This document shows positions 1 to 13,369 of a stretch of DNA of 64,000 bases, piece by piece. Made by a program: the position numbers and the translations under genes. Under the pieces are notes generated by a model, which saw nothing but the letters and a program-made list of their open reading frames with translations, did not search any database and had not been told where the DNA came from. Origin of the DNA: Octopus sinensis (taxonomy: Eukaryota). The stretch covers positions 66,464,001 through 66,528,000 of the forward strand of contig NC_042999.1 in the NCBI RefSeq assembly GCF_006345805.1. Reading direction: 5' to 3'. How positions within the stretch are numbered: the first letter of the stretch is position 1; each line of letters begins with the position of its first letter.

Positions 1-879
1 ACACATTATGTGTGTATGTATGTAGTATGAATGTGTCTGTGAAAGCAAATAAGCATGTTCCTACACATGGTCGCAGCTATCAATGGCGTTGGATATGTCT
101 GATCAGTGTTCACCTGGGCTTACGCAATTACAATATCAACGTCAAGAGCTTTCTTCATATATATAATACGTGCCACGTAAGCAAAAATAAGCGATACTGG
201 CGAACACAAAGCTTCTTCTTACACTGCAGATTTTAAACCCCGATTTTCAAATTTTATTCGTTTTTCTGTATGTCTTGTTCTTTTAATATAATTCGTTTTT
301 ATCGGAGATTCTGTTATGTGCAGCTGGTTTCTCAAACTTCCGTAAAAGTAATGTTAAATTACTGAATACTTTATTTTGTTCTATATATTCCTTACAAACG
401 ACATAGCCCATTCATTCGAGAATACGACTTTCTATCAGACCTTTCTGGCTCTCCTACTTGTGGATATTCTACGTTTATCTCCATTATTCATGCTAAAAGT
501 TGTTACAATTTTCTTTTTATTGAGACGACAGTCAGTGTCTACTCTCCACGAGACTCGTAATTTTAAAAACAAAAACGAAAACTTGTTTTCTCCTTCTTAT
601 TGTCTATGGAAAAATGGCTACATCATTATTGATCGAAATAGTAAACTAAATATTTGTCCACCAATCTCTCTTTCTCTCTCATTCACTCTTTTGTGACTGT
701 GGGTGTGGGAATGTTTGTGCTTGTTTAAGTATATACGTGTGTGTGTTTGTTTATGTGTATATGCGTGTGAGTGTTTGTGTGCGTGTGTGTATGTGAGCAT
801 AAGATAACATATATATGTACATCTGCATACAGATGTATATCAATATATACATACACAGTATTTATACGTATATATCTAT

Positions 880-1020
880 ATTTTCTGCCTCTCTCTCTCT
901 CTCTCTTTCTCTCTCTTTTCTCCATCTCACTTTCTCCATCTCTCTATCAACCTATGTATCGAGCTATCTATCTATCTATCTATCTATCTACCTATCTACC
1001 TATCTATCTATCTATCTTTC
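880..1020. repeat. (CT)n and (ATCT)n microsatellite
   Basis: Direct inspection. Confidence 0.95.
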
Positions 1021-1032
1021 TATGTATATATG

Positions 1033-1187
1033 CAGATCATTTGGTTTCGTTTTATGTATGTATTCTCATGCATATAGTTGCATATATAGACATGATCATA
1101 TATGTTTAAATGATAAACTTCTAGAAAGTTTTACAAACACTTACAGTTCCAGTGATGGATTGGATTTGTAGTCTTCGAAGTAGACTT
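1033..1187 (-). mobile_element. R4/Dong-like LINE fragment (ORF end and start of 3' UTR), same family as 33929-34640
   Basis: Aligns by eye to 34166-34300 (tttaaatgataaacttct.gaaagttttaca...gtagtcttcgaa); abuts (ATGT)n at 1188. Confidence 0.7.
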
Positions 1188-1974
1188 ATGTATGTATGCA
1201 TGTGTGTAAGTATGTATGTATGTATGTATGTATGTATTTACGTACGCATATATTTATTTATTTATGTACGTATTCATGTATAGATATTTGCGTATGCGTA
1301 TGATTGTATACGTATCTGAGTATCAGCGTGTTTACGTCTCAATGTTAAATTGTCTGTGCATGTGTGTGCGTGTGTGCGTGTGCGTTTGCGTTTGTGTGTG
1401 TCTGCTTACTTGTGTGTGTTCTGAGTGCTGTGTGTATGTCCCTAATCATCGCAGTAAAGAATATGTGGAAAGAAACAACGATGTATGTATAAAGAAAAAA
1501 AACATGATTTGACTCACTTGTTCAGTTACTGAAAAAATATGTATATACCAATAATATTTCGAAGAACGCACCTTAAAAAAATGGCGAATTTTTACGGAAC
1601 AACCACACACAAGAAATTAGCATTGGTTTATCATATCTAGATCAGAAACAATTTGGTGGTATGAGGAAGTACGTCATCGAATGCAGGATTCAACATTACC
1701 GTAAAAGCTTCGTTGTTGACAGAATGTATAGTAGTGTCTACTACCTTCTAATTTAGGAACTCCGAGACAGATGACAGGTGCGAGGAAATGAGGCAGGTAT
1801 TTTACAACTAAATGCTTGCATCAATGTTTACTTTCCGTAGACACCCAAGGACCAATTAGTACTCTTTAACTATTCTGATACCTATATAATTGATTTTCCT
1901 CATGGTTCTCTCATATAAAGCTATTTATATCTAAATGTTAACGTTGTCTAATGCTGTTCTCCGATTTAGACATA

Positions 1975-2180
1975 AGGCCAGCAGTTTTTAGGGGCGCAGA
2001 TTAGACCATACTGTTAACCACAGTATTCGACTAGTGCTTAATTTTATCAAGACCGGTGAGATTAAATGCAGGTATTCGAAAGCAGAACGTGAAAAAATTC
2101 GCGATTCGAACTCAGAGCATAAAGAATCGGCATACCTATTGCAAAGCATTCTTTTCTGACTGTTGAACGAATCTGTCAGT
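1975..2180 (-). mobile_element. degenerate SINE (family B)
   Basis: Residual similarity to 34790-35158 (gaactcagag, ttttatc, cagt motifs). Confidence 0.4.
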
Positions 2181-2917
2181 TCTGTAATAATCTTATGTAT
2201 GAGCTCTTGTCATGTTCTAATTTCAATCCCAATGATTAAAACATTAGATCTCTTACTACATTCCTCCAGAATTTTAGCTTTTACAGAACTCAGTACAATC
2301 TAATGTAATAAATTGGATATGATACTCGCTGTTGTATTTCATTACTGGAGAACAACTTCTTTCAAAATATCTGTCATAACACACTTGGTTCATTAGTGCA
2401 AGGGGACTGTGGGACAGATCGTTTCTAGACATCGTTGTAACTCTTCAGCCACGTCTACCAACGAAGTTTGCGGTTGTTGTTTATATATCCAGTAAACTCA
2501 TTACTTAATGATGCGTGCTGATATCTACAACCGATAGCAAATCGATAGACATCGCGAATCCAAAGAATGATTTACATAAATAATCATCATTTGAGTACAA
2601 CATGTCCATTCAGCCGACAATGTACATTATTGAGTGTATGGTTTCACCTAAGTGACAATGTACGGCTGCTAACCAAGGACAAACACTAGCTTTTTTCAAT
2701 ATTTCCGTTTTCCAAATTTCAGTTGCTCAAAGATATAGTGAAAAATACTTACCTCAAGGGTATGTGCGGCGCAACTGAATCAGAAACTTTACATTTGGAA
2801 ACGAATTTCTTAAGTAGAGAACCATATATGAGCCTATATTTGCTGTCAAAACATCTGGGAGAAAAAAGAAAATCAATAATAATTGATTATTTTAGTTGTA
2901 TTCGTAACAGAATGATA

Positions 2918-3060
2918 GCGAGCTGGCAGAAAGTTAGTATGTTGGAAACAATGCTCCCGGCTCCTTTCTCTCTGAGGTCGAATTTTGTTATGTTCGACTT
3001 TGCCTTTTATCCTTAAGGACCAGCTGAGCATTGGGCTGAGGGGCGATGTAATAGATTAAC
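2918..3060 (+). mobile_element. degenerate tRNA-SINE (family B)
   Basis: gcgagctggcagaa...gtcgaattt...tcgactttgccttttatcc matches 15824-15930. Confidence 0.55.
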
Positions 3061-4319
3061 CATGTTTCTCTAAAACTGTTAGGTCTTTGAGTTGGTTACA
3101 ACGCCTTATATGAAAGATGCTGAGCGGGTGAATAGAAAACTATCACATTAAATGCCTTGCAGTGTTGAATAACATCCCTTTAAATTCTGAGCTTAAATCC
3201 GATCGATATCCAATTTGCATTTCCTTCTAATATTTCTGAGATATTTACCAGTTAAGAACTGTATTTTGTTAAGTCGATTTTGAAACCTCCAGTGATAAAT
3301 TCGTGTTTAGACTGGAATACATTCTTGGTTTACTCTTGACTCTTCTCTAGCTTCAGTTTATCCTGTTTCAGCAAACATATACAAACAAATGCGTTCTGGT
3401 GATACATTTTGCATGTGTTGAACAATATTTTCTAATAGGACTTTCACTTTTAGTGAAAGATTGATATAGCTTGAGGGGATATGATTTCTATTTTTTATTC
3501 GACAAATATCGACTAGCAGCGTCCAACTAGAATCTTCTCCATCGTTTTGATCATGGCTATTATTATGATTAGAAACCCAAGTGGTAAGAGTACTGGCGGT
3601 ATTAAGCTATGCTCCTTTATGTTCTAAGATCAAACCCTTCTACAGTTAATTCTGAAATTCATCATACGAAGATTGGTAAAGTGAGTATAATTCGAATAAT
3701 GGAGTTGATTTAATCAATTATACTCTTCTCACAAATGTGGAGCCTTTTGTCTACGTTAAAAATTAATATCGTTGTTTGATTGAGCAACAGAGCCGGTCAG
3801 GCGTCAAACAAAATCGTTAAATGGTTTTCGATATTTTGTTATGGCCCATTATGCAATGATTTCAAATCCCATCAGGTCGATTTTACATTTAACCCTTTCA
3901 AGGGTAATGACATAAATGAATAAAATACATGAAGTATGGAATTGGATAAAATCGAAAACTGTCTCCCATAATATCAGGTTTAGTGATTATTTACAAACCC
4001 TTACAGTGATTCATGATCTGAGAAATAATGAAAAGCTTCAGTTCTTAGAAAATTAATTAACAATATAACGGATTTCATACATAAAATTAATCAGGGATTG
4101 ATTGCTAGTTTCTTATAGTAAGTGAGATAGGAGCAGTGTAGATGCATCTATATTTACTATTGTTTTCGGTTCTTTTAGGATTTTACATAGATCTTTAACA
4201 AATCCATGATAATTCAGGACAAAAAGATGATGTTGATATTGATGTTCTGCTACTGTTTGCAACGATAGGGCTGTTGGCTTTAAAGTTATTTCTGTCAATT
4301 AATCCGAACCCCCAGTGTC

Positions 4320-4504
4320 ATTTCCGAGTAGTACTTGTCTAGCCAGTGATTTGATCTCAGAACATGTGTTGAAACCAAAGTTATAAGAGCTCGGGAGATT
4401 CATTTCAGCCATTCAAGAAAACGCATAATCTGCCAACTTCTCTTCATCATTTATTACTTTGTGTCAAACCTTTCGTCGCACTCTCTGCGGCCTGATCACT
4501 GACA
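4320..4504 (-). mobile_element. diverged relative of the 50460-50650 hammerhead element
   Basis: Colinear blocks (gtactt/gtactc, gatttgatct, agccatt.aagaaa, ttc.cttca.cattta) ending in a G3-C8 hammerhead motif. Confidence 0.6.
4462..4504 (-). ncRNA. minimal type I hammerhead ribozyme motif, G3-C8 variant
   Basis: Minus strand: tgtca GTGATCA g gccgca gagag tgcgac GAAA gg T T tgaca; stem I 5 bp, stem II 5 of 6 pairs. Confidence 0.6.
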
Positions 4505-6124
4505 TATAACGGGTTCTATGTAATGACAATCTGATTGACTGACCCTCAAAGATGAAGTAGGAAAGAAGGAAAGAGTCAATTCAAACACTGAGGCCTATAC
4601 AAACTGGCAAGCAACTATTCTTCAGATGGCTATGGTGCAACTAAGCCAGTGACCAGGTTACAGAAAGTATGACGAAAGTTTTGGCACCAACAAATACATG
4701 ATTACGTGAAATATTTCTTTGTCATTGAATCCTTAAAATGAGTCTTCCGTACTGTAACAACAAGGGTTATTCCGTGGCATTTTTCATAAAAAATTAAAAT
4801 GAAGGAAATTCATTTATCGAAAAGTACAGAACACGCCTAAATATGAACGCATAACCAACTTTGGTATCAATATAGAAATACTTCATCTCACTACTTTAGC
4901 TTTTGAGATTTTGTACATTTATTTATTTCATCCGCAAAATATAAATAATTACATCCCCTGCCCCGAATAGTAACGGTCACCAATTACTTCCCCTTAGATT
5001 TGTCTACTTGTTGATTCATTTCACTGACAAACTCTCATACACAACATGGAGTAAAATCTTCTTCAGAAATAAGAATTTGCCATAATTTCAATGTCATGGT
5101 TTGCGAAAGCGAAACCGGTCGACAAACACAATAATCTTCCACATATAAAATATATCAAATATATATCAAAACTATGTAAACTGTGTGCATTTTCCTTCTT
5201 TTATATTTTTTTTTTTTGCTTTACAACACACCACGTGACGATAATTGAAATTCTCCTCCCTTTTTCATACTATATATACGATAAGATTGTAGGTTAGCTC
5301 TTTGTTAGTTTATATGTTGATTAACCTCTAATTAAATATTCATCAGGGTTTTAGGCGCGAAGTACTTTTTTACGTGTCACCGTATATATGTTTCTGTTGC
5401 TGTTGTAACATCTCTAAAAATAACGCCAAGTAAACAAGTTAAGTTTTGATGACTTTCCAATTAACATTTGTTCGACATATCAGACCAGAAGAAGCTCATG
5501 TATAATTAATAACTTATAAATCATTTATATTTATTTAACTGGACAGCTTAAATTGAGTGCTATTTCTTTAGACAACACTATCGAAATGTCATAAGTATAT
5601 GTGTATCTATGACTGTGTATGTGTTTGTGAGCATATATCATGTACTCTCGCGTCAAAGACAACGTATGAGTGTTCAGATTGCGTCGAACGACCTGTACAA
5701 ATGATTAGATAATAGTGATCAAATGTTAGCTCTCATTAGCTCACTCTCTCCATAAAATCGACGTTGCTTGAACGGGTACACGAAGTACCACACGTCAGGT
5801 GTCAAAGTGATCGCAGAGCAAGGCGAGATGAAGTGTATATGTGTGTCTAAGCATAAATGAATGCATGCATATACCGCACAGTGATTCCCATATTGCATCA
5901 CTCATACAAATACACATGGAGGAGAGATATCGCTATTTCTATCGGAGCTTTATGCTATAGAGATTTTATTTTCTGGGCTATACATATAATCTATATGTAC
6001 ACACCTAAAACCATAAGTGTTGGTTGAGGAAATTTTCGCTGCTATTTATGTTTGGTCTACCAAAAGAAAATCATCCATACCTAAATCTAACATACATATG
6101 ATATGTAAATACTTAAACCATACA

Positions 6125-6168
<44 letters not shown>

Positions 6169-6194
6169 TATATATATATATATGGAGCTTAGGT

Positions 6195-6290
6195 GTTTCG
6201 CTCATAAACACACACATCGCCCGGTCTGAGATTCGAACCTGCGATCGTTCAACCGCGAGTCCACTGCTCTATCCACTAGGCCATGTGTCT
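6195..6290 (-). mobile_element. tRNA-SINE head (family C)
   Basis: Reverse complement of ggcctagtggatagagcagtggactcgcggttgaacgatcgcaggttcgaatctcagaccgggcg (A and B boxes). Confidence 0.85.
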
Positions 6291-6310
6291 CCACACTCAC
6301 ACACACACAC

Positions 6311-6344
<34 letters not shown>

Positions 6345-6359
6345 ATGTGTGTGTGTGCG

Positions 6360-6625
6360 TATGTGTATTGCACTCTCCTGTCTTTTTCTTCACCCATTCT
6401 CTTCCGGTCATTCAAAATGTGACCGCGTGTGTATCGTTGGCGATTTTCTTCCTTCGTCTTCCCTTCCTTGGATCTTTCCTTTTTCTATGATTCTGACGAA
6501 GAGCTTTGCTCGAAACGTTAAATCTTCCTTCTTTCTTTCCTTTCCTGAGCGTCCAATAACACTTTACTTGTGCCACGTCCTCGCGTTGTTGTGTTTTCTC
6601 TTTGTGTTTACATGTTTGGATTAAC
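6360..6625 (+). mobile_element. hammerhead-bearing mini-element between TG/TA microsatellites (Penelope-like LTR remnant candidate)
   Basis: Contains gaagagc...gctcgaaacgt...cctgagcg, shared with 20654-20822 and 26549-26695. Confidence 0.55.
6489..6524 (+). ncRNA. minimal type I hammerhead ribozyme motif, canonical C3-G8 core
   Basis: gatt CTGACGA a gagc ttt gctc GAAA cg T T aaatc; palindromic ACGT stem III. Confidence 0.65.
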
Positions 6626-6929
6626 TTCATATATATGTATGTGTATGTGTGTCTATCCACCTATATTGACCCTATGCCATTCCACAGCTATCCACCCACA
6701 CCCGTAGCAGGCTGATCGTTCTTCCTACCAACCCCCAGAAACCTTCCCTTTATTCACTTCTTACTCCACTACTATTACGTCTTCAATCTTGGGATGTATG
6801 TTCGTCTAACTGTCAGTTCATAATTTTTACAGCTCTTATAAATTAAATACCAGCGTCCAGTAACATCACTGACATTATATTTCACTTTTTCCTGACCCTA
6901 ATTAGCTTATATCTGCAAATTCTTCACGA

Positions 6930-7700
6930 GCAAGTTTTAACTGGTTAAACGGATTTTTGTTTCACCAACCTTCACTGTTCTGTCCATTCTATTTCTCAAA
7001 TAATATTTTTATAACATTTATGATTTATATTTTTTCTATAAATCATAATCTTGCATTTTCCATATTTCTCTTAGTCTAAACGGACGGCTGCTTTCCTACC
7101 ACTCATTTCTACTTTATTCCACTTAACGAACTATGAATTTCTATAATTCGTATATTCTATAATTTTTCATATTTCACTTGGTTTTTCACAATTTTGAAAG
7201 TAATTTCTACTTATTTCTATTTTACTACAAATATTTTTTTCTTTTATTAGTTAATTTATTTTTATTTTTCAACTTTCGAATGGAGTTTATCATATATTAA
7301 ATCCTTATTCCGACTTAACCTACGATTAATATACATCTCCACTCATAAATTGCTGCAGAAATACCATAAATTTATAATTCCTATAATTTATAACTTTTCA
7401 TATTTCACTTGCATTTTTATAATTTTCTAAGTAATTTTTATATATATATATATATATATATATTTCATTTATTCGTTATTTTTTTAATTTTCAAACGGAG
7501 TTTACTATGTATTAACCCTTATCTCACCTTAACCAACGACTTATATACACCTCCAATTATAAAGGTTTATAAACATGCTTCATGAAAACTATTTATTATT
7601 TTTTATTTTTTATTTTCACTAATTCGAGTCCCGTAATCTTAATTTAATTTTTTTTATTTTGTAAATCCTTTGAAACTGAATATATTGTATATTCACCCTT
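6930..7700. repeat. diverged AT-rich tandem repeat, ~215-230 bp unit, ~3 copies
   Basis: ttttcatatttcacttg at ~7165 and ~7395; ggagttta...ccttat...cttaacc at ~7280 and ~7497. Confidence 0.6.
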
Positions 7701-8969
7701 ATCATATTCCCCCTAAATCTCCCTCATTGTACTTATTGATGTATCACTATGTATTAATTATCCATCTATGCCCTTTATTCCTTTAGCAAAACCTGTTATA
7801 TTATAATTCTCCTGACCACTCTTTAATTAAATCTAAATTAATAATTTCTGCATTAACTACGCCTATTAGATTTTCTCTTCTTTTCCTTTTTCTGTTTCTT
7901 TTCTTTTTACTGTTTATATTATATATAAACTATGATGGATATTGATATAAATATTAAATTCAGAGTTATTTATGGCTACGATATTAAGACTATATTAAGT
8001 CTATGTAATGAAAAAAATTGAAAGAATAATTAAAATGTGATTCATAATAAAAAATGAAATATACGTGGTCTTATATTTAAACTGTTTTCTGCAAATAAAG
8101 TTCTGTTTCGATGTGTATGTGTCTCTTCAGCCGATTAGAAAGGTCGAATCACGCTATGACCTCCAGTCAGGTAAGATAATTATAAATCAAACTAGAATAA
8201 ACAAATGTGGCAAAAAACTTGAATAAACTGTCTTATGGCTTTACATCCGCTTGTGCATGTGTGTTTGTGTGTGAGTATGTATGAGCGCTTGTGTGTGTGT
8301 ATGTGACTGTGCATGTGTGCCTCAGTTTCCTTAGAATACCCATGGGATTTACCCTCTTAATCGGGTTTTAGCGCTGCCTACAAATGGACACTGTACCATT
8401 TTCTTTCATACTCTCATGGATGTCTTCTGGTTGACCCTCGAAAACTTTCATCACTGCTTAAAAGTGAAAAACCACAAAATATGACTATGATTTTCAAGTG
8501 GCAAGCATATATCACGTTTTCGTCTGTATCAAAATAAGTTTCATTCCCCTTTTTCCCAGTTACGAAATGCCCTACAGATATATTCCTTATATATACATAC
8601 ATACACATGCACACACACATATATATATATACATACAGATATATATGTATGTGTATGTATATATGTATATATATGTGTATGCGTGTGTGTGTCCGTGTGT
8701 GCGCGTCTATACACACACATGTATATATACATATACTTCAATATATATATATACTTTAACATTTATATATATATATATTAACGAATGCATATTCCTGTAA
8801 AACTAAAATAAGTATTCATATATGCATATTCCTATTTCATAAAAAAGTGTACAGAACATTTTCTCTTAGATTCATGAGTTTACATTCAAATATATGTGTG
8901 AATATACGAATATATCTGTGTATATATATATTAATATATATATGCACACACATATATATATATATATAC

Positions 8970-9003
<34 letters not shown>

Positions 9004-9705
9004 GTATGCATTCATATAGGCATATATATATATATATATGCATTATATATGTATATATATATACATATATACGTACATATATGTATACATATATACATAT
9101 ATATGTACATACGACAATTTTTGTGTTTTTGTGTATGAACCTAATTTATAGCGCCTGTCTGTGCATTTATCTATATGACTCTATTTACATTACATACTTA
9201 TTTATATATGCGCTCATATTGAAAAAAACTAAACTGGTTTCCATTGTTAGACGTCTTTATAGCTATTGCTAAGTATATTCCATTTTCTAGTCAGCTATAT
9301 ACACACATAAAACAGACACGCATAAATTGTCTGTATCCATATTTCTGCAGACATCTATAATCTAATGTAAGTAGGCTGCTAACGTTATACTGATATTCAC
9401 AACTTGATGTGTTTTTTTTTTCCTCTCTACATATAATGTAACGAATTATGAGAGCAAACTATAATCTCTAGTAGCGCCGAATCTGCTCCTAGATTTCGAT
9501 TCTGTATTGAAGGAAATCGTTTTAATCACAACTTTAATATCCCTGAGAAATGTATGAAAATCGTATAATCATATTATCTCACTCTATATTCATGTGATCG
9601 GACTACTAAGTTTATATGTATGAGTTTGTATTATTGCGTATGCAACCATACGTATATATGTACATAGATTGCGTATATATATACATGCACAAATATATGC
9701 AAATA

Positions 9706-10090
9706 GGCACAGGCATGGCTGTGTGGCTCAGAAATTTGCTTTGCAACGACGTGGTTACAGGTTCAGCCCTACTGTAGAGCACCTTTGTCAAGTGTTTTCT
9801 ATTGTAAACCCAAGCCAATGAATCACTTGTGAGTGAATAATTCAAATAGAATCCATGTGAAGTGTGTCAAAGATATATGAGTGTGTATGTATGTATGTGT
9901 GTGCATGTGTGTCTTTGTCTGTCTGTCTGTGTATCTGTGTGCATGTGTGTATGTGTGTGTGATTCCGTGTGCTTCTGTTTTTACCCATCGCCACTTGAAA
10001 ACAGAGGGGTTATTCTGCCGTCTAAAATCTGCAAAGCAGTGTTTCGGCATGGGTGCAGTCCAATGACTGACACAAGTAAAACGGAAAAGA
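9706..10090 (+). mobile_element. tRNA-SINE (family A) with internal (TG)n
   Basis: ggcacaggcatggctgtgtggc head, gttcagccc B box, tail cagtccaatgactgacacaagtaaaa. Confidence 0.8.
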
Positions 10091-10449
10091 TTCTGATTTG
10101 TAATTTCAATCAGGCGAAGATAATATTATTAAATAATCTTCATGCTTTTCTCAACCATATTTGATGTTGCCATTGAATTGGTTCCCGAAATCTAAATCAA
10201 AATCTGACACAACATGCGGAGCAATGAGAGATTATTTTTGCTTCCTCATTTTACATTACTCAGAAGTAATTTTTCCTCACACTATTCCTGTTACCTTCTA
10301 ACGGACTTAGAATTCCAAATGATTCATATTTTCTAACTTCGTTTTGTTGTGTTATATTGCTATGATTCATTATTATGGATGGCCAGCACTAACTCTTGTT
10401 GTACTTTGACGAATGTGTATTTATAATACACGCTATTTGTGCGTGGAGA

Positions 10450-10497
10450 CTTTGAGACACCCGATGTTTCGACATCGGTGTGTCTTCTCAGTCAAAG
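10450..10497 (-). ncRNA. type I hammerhead motif with one core lesion
   Basis: ctttga CTGAGAA gaca caccga tgtc GAAA cat cgg gtg TC tcaaag; stems I (6 bp), II (4 bp) and III (4 bp) intact, GUC triplet. Confidence 0.55.
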
Positions 10498-11229
10498 CTT
10501 CTCCAGCCTAAAGAATTTAACAAGAAATTGTCCTTTGTTCATAAATTCAGCGATCGAAACATCGGCTAATGAGTGTTGATAACCTGTCAATCGATAATAA
10601 ATCCTGATGTGTATGGTGGATCACCGTGCACCTGAAAATTCCCCTCCAGAAATTACTTTACCGAAATTTCCATCGAGAAAACAACTCCGTAGTAACATTA
10701 CCTACGCGCTGGCTAACTAACTCCTCTGCATCTCTGAGACTTTCACGTGCATTTACGTCAGGTCCATCACGTTAAACATGGCATGTATTACATGGTTAAC
10801 ATTATTCAGCCAATATACACTCGTGCGAAGACACTTCCTGGGATAGGTGTATCGTCTTTATAAATTTACGGTGGAAATGCGAGAATATGATTAATGATAT
10901 CGGAGACATCTTCAAAATTACTTACTGGAATATAATTTAGTAGCTTGAAATTAACGTTACTCTGCCCATGGAATCCAACCACATATTGTTAACTGCTTTT
11001 TCTTCATTTTCTTCTGTGTATATACGTAACAACACTTATCAAGTTTTCATTATTTTGAACAGCTCTCGTTTAAAATAGTGATATTATCAGACGTCGCCTT
11101 CATATATTTTTGTCTGTAAGCGTGTACATACAATACACACACACCACACACAAACACAGATACGCATACACATATATATATTTATATATATATATTTATA
11201 TATATATAACATATATATATATATATATA

Positions 11230-11365
11230 TATTATAGTGTATATCACGTGATCACGTGACCGACCAGTCCATCAGATGTAGTTACACATTGCTGGTCACA
11301 ATGCGTTCGCATTGTTTTAGCCTCGAATGACGCCACCCCGCTGGCTAAGCGAGCAGGCCAATTAT
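11230..11365 (-). mobile_element. SINE family C tail
   Basis: Reverse complement of the 20160-20280 tail. Confidence 0.85.
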
Positions 11366-12147
11366 TATATTATTATAATGTATATTACATATATATATAT
11401 ATATATATATATATAGATATATATAAGATATGTATATATACATAAAGAGAAAGAGAGAAAGATAGGGAAAAAGAAAGAGAGAGAGATACACACACACACA
11501 TATGTATATATACATATACATATATTCATACGTTTACCCTCCCTCATCGTTTGTCATTCACTGATAAACATTCGGTGGAACGTTGAAAATTTCATATAAA
11601 AAGTTTATTTTTTTCTATTTTTATCATGTTAAATTTTTTTCTTAGTTTTCTTTTCTAAATTAAATTTTATATTGCTAACATCAAAATAAATGTTTTAACA
11701 TATATATATATTCAGTAGAAATACGCTATTGAATCTTAAATCAATATCTTACAGATTTTCCATTGTAGGTGTATCCATTACAGTGCAGAAAACGAAATTT
11801 CTAGGAGAAATCCAGTTGAAAAATCAGTAGTTTTCCTACATCAAAGAAAGTTTAAAATGAATATTGAATCCAAACAGTCTAAAATGAAATACGCTCGGAC
11901 TTTGCACAACAGAAGATACACTTATAGAATATGATTTAATTTGAATAAATTATATTAGATGGATATGAGTGGGAAAGATTTCGTCTGAGCTACACTTTTG
12001 ACAACTAATTTAACAATTTCGATATTTTATGTTATTTTAATTGGAAAACTGGAACAGGAAAGAGAATTTAAATAGTTACATTATTAATTAAATATATATT
12101 TAATATTTCACACAGTCTTACTCCCTCATATTTCCCTATCCCTCTCT

Positions 12148-12192
<45 letters not shown>

Positions 12193-12294
12193 CACTCAAG
12201 AAATACAAAAATATATATTTACACACATATAAATGAATACGTATATATATAATATTATATATTTATATATATTTATATATATATAAAATATATG

Positions 12295-12334
<40 letters not shown>

Positions 12335-12336
<2 letters not shown>

Positions 12337-13369
12337 CATTAAGGACAACTACTTAATAGGAAAACTTAACAGAATTGTCAAGTAGATAGCGTAAAAACCT
12401 CATAAGAGAAAAAATTTCGAAAATAATTATTTCTTATTGAACATATTAATTTATATAGAGGGCATTATACATACATGCCAGGAGGCATTATACATACATG
12501 CCAAACGCTAAGAGGGACAATCAGTCATTTTACCAAAAAAAATATTACTAATCCCACCGAATGCAATTTTTCACAGTAAGACATTTAAAAATATAGACTG
12601 TATCACAGTGATTTCATACTTACGTAATCATCAGCAGGCCTGAATGTATTTAAAATAAACAACGACCCTGCCCCGCTTAAGCCGATCAGCTAACTGATCA
12701 ACATCAACGAAGCACATGGGTGAGTTTATATATATACATCCGGGTAAATGGCAAATTTACGAATTGCATTTCGGGAGAGGAAAAGTTTTTTCGGAATAAA
12801 AATTTAGCAATTAAGGACAACTACTTAATAAGGAAAACTTAACAAGAAATGTTAGGTAGATAGCGTAAAAACCTCATAAGAGAAAAATTTCGAAAATAAT
12901 TATTTCTTATTGAACATATTAATTTATATATAGAGGCATTATACATAATGCCAGGAGGCATTATACATACAATTTCTTGTTAAGTTTTCCTTATTAATAG
13001 TTGTCCTTAATTGCTAAATTTTTATTCCGAAAAAACTTTTCCTCTCCGAAATGCAATTCGTAAAAGTTTGCCATTTACCCGGATTTGTAATAATATAAAC
13101 TCACCCATGTGCTTCGTTGATGTTGATCAGTTAGCTGATCGGCTTAAGCGGGGCAGGGTCGTTTTATTTATAATACATTCAGGCCTGCTGATGATTACGT
13201 AAGTATGAAATCACTGTGATACAGGTCTATATTTTTAAATGTCTTACTGTGAAAAATTGTATTCGGTGGGATTATAGTAAATTTTTGGTAGAAAGAAATG
13301 ACTGATTGTCCCTCTTAGCGTTTGGCATGTGTATAATGCATCCTGGCTGTATGTATAATGCCCTTATAT

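Noticed and set aside
8100-8140. Minus-strand CTGAAGA...GAAA
   Set aside because: Stem II has only 2 pairs and stem I does not form; at best a decayed remnant.
10545-10600. ctaatgag...gata hammerhead-like string
   Set aside because: Two core changes and no stem I or stem III.
12400-12445. gaaa-aa-tttc GAAA AATAATTATT junction
   Set aside because: No core between stem I and stem II; the palindrome is explained by AT richness.
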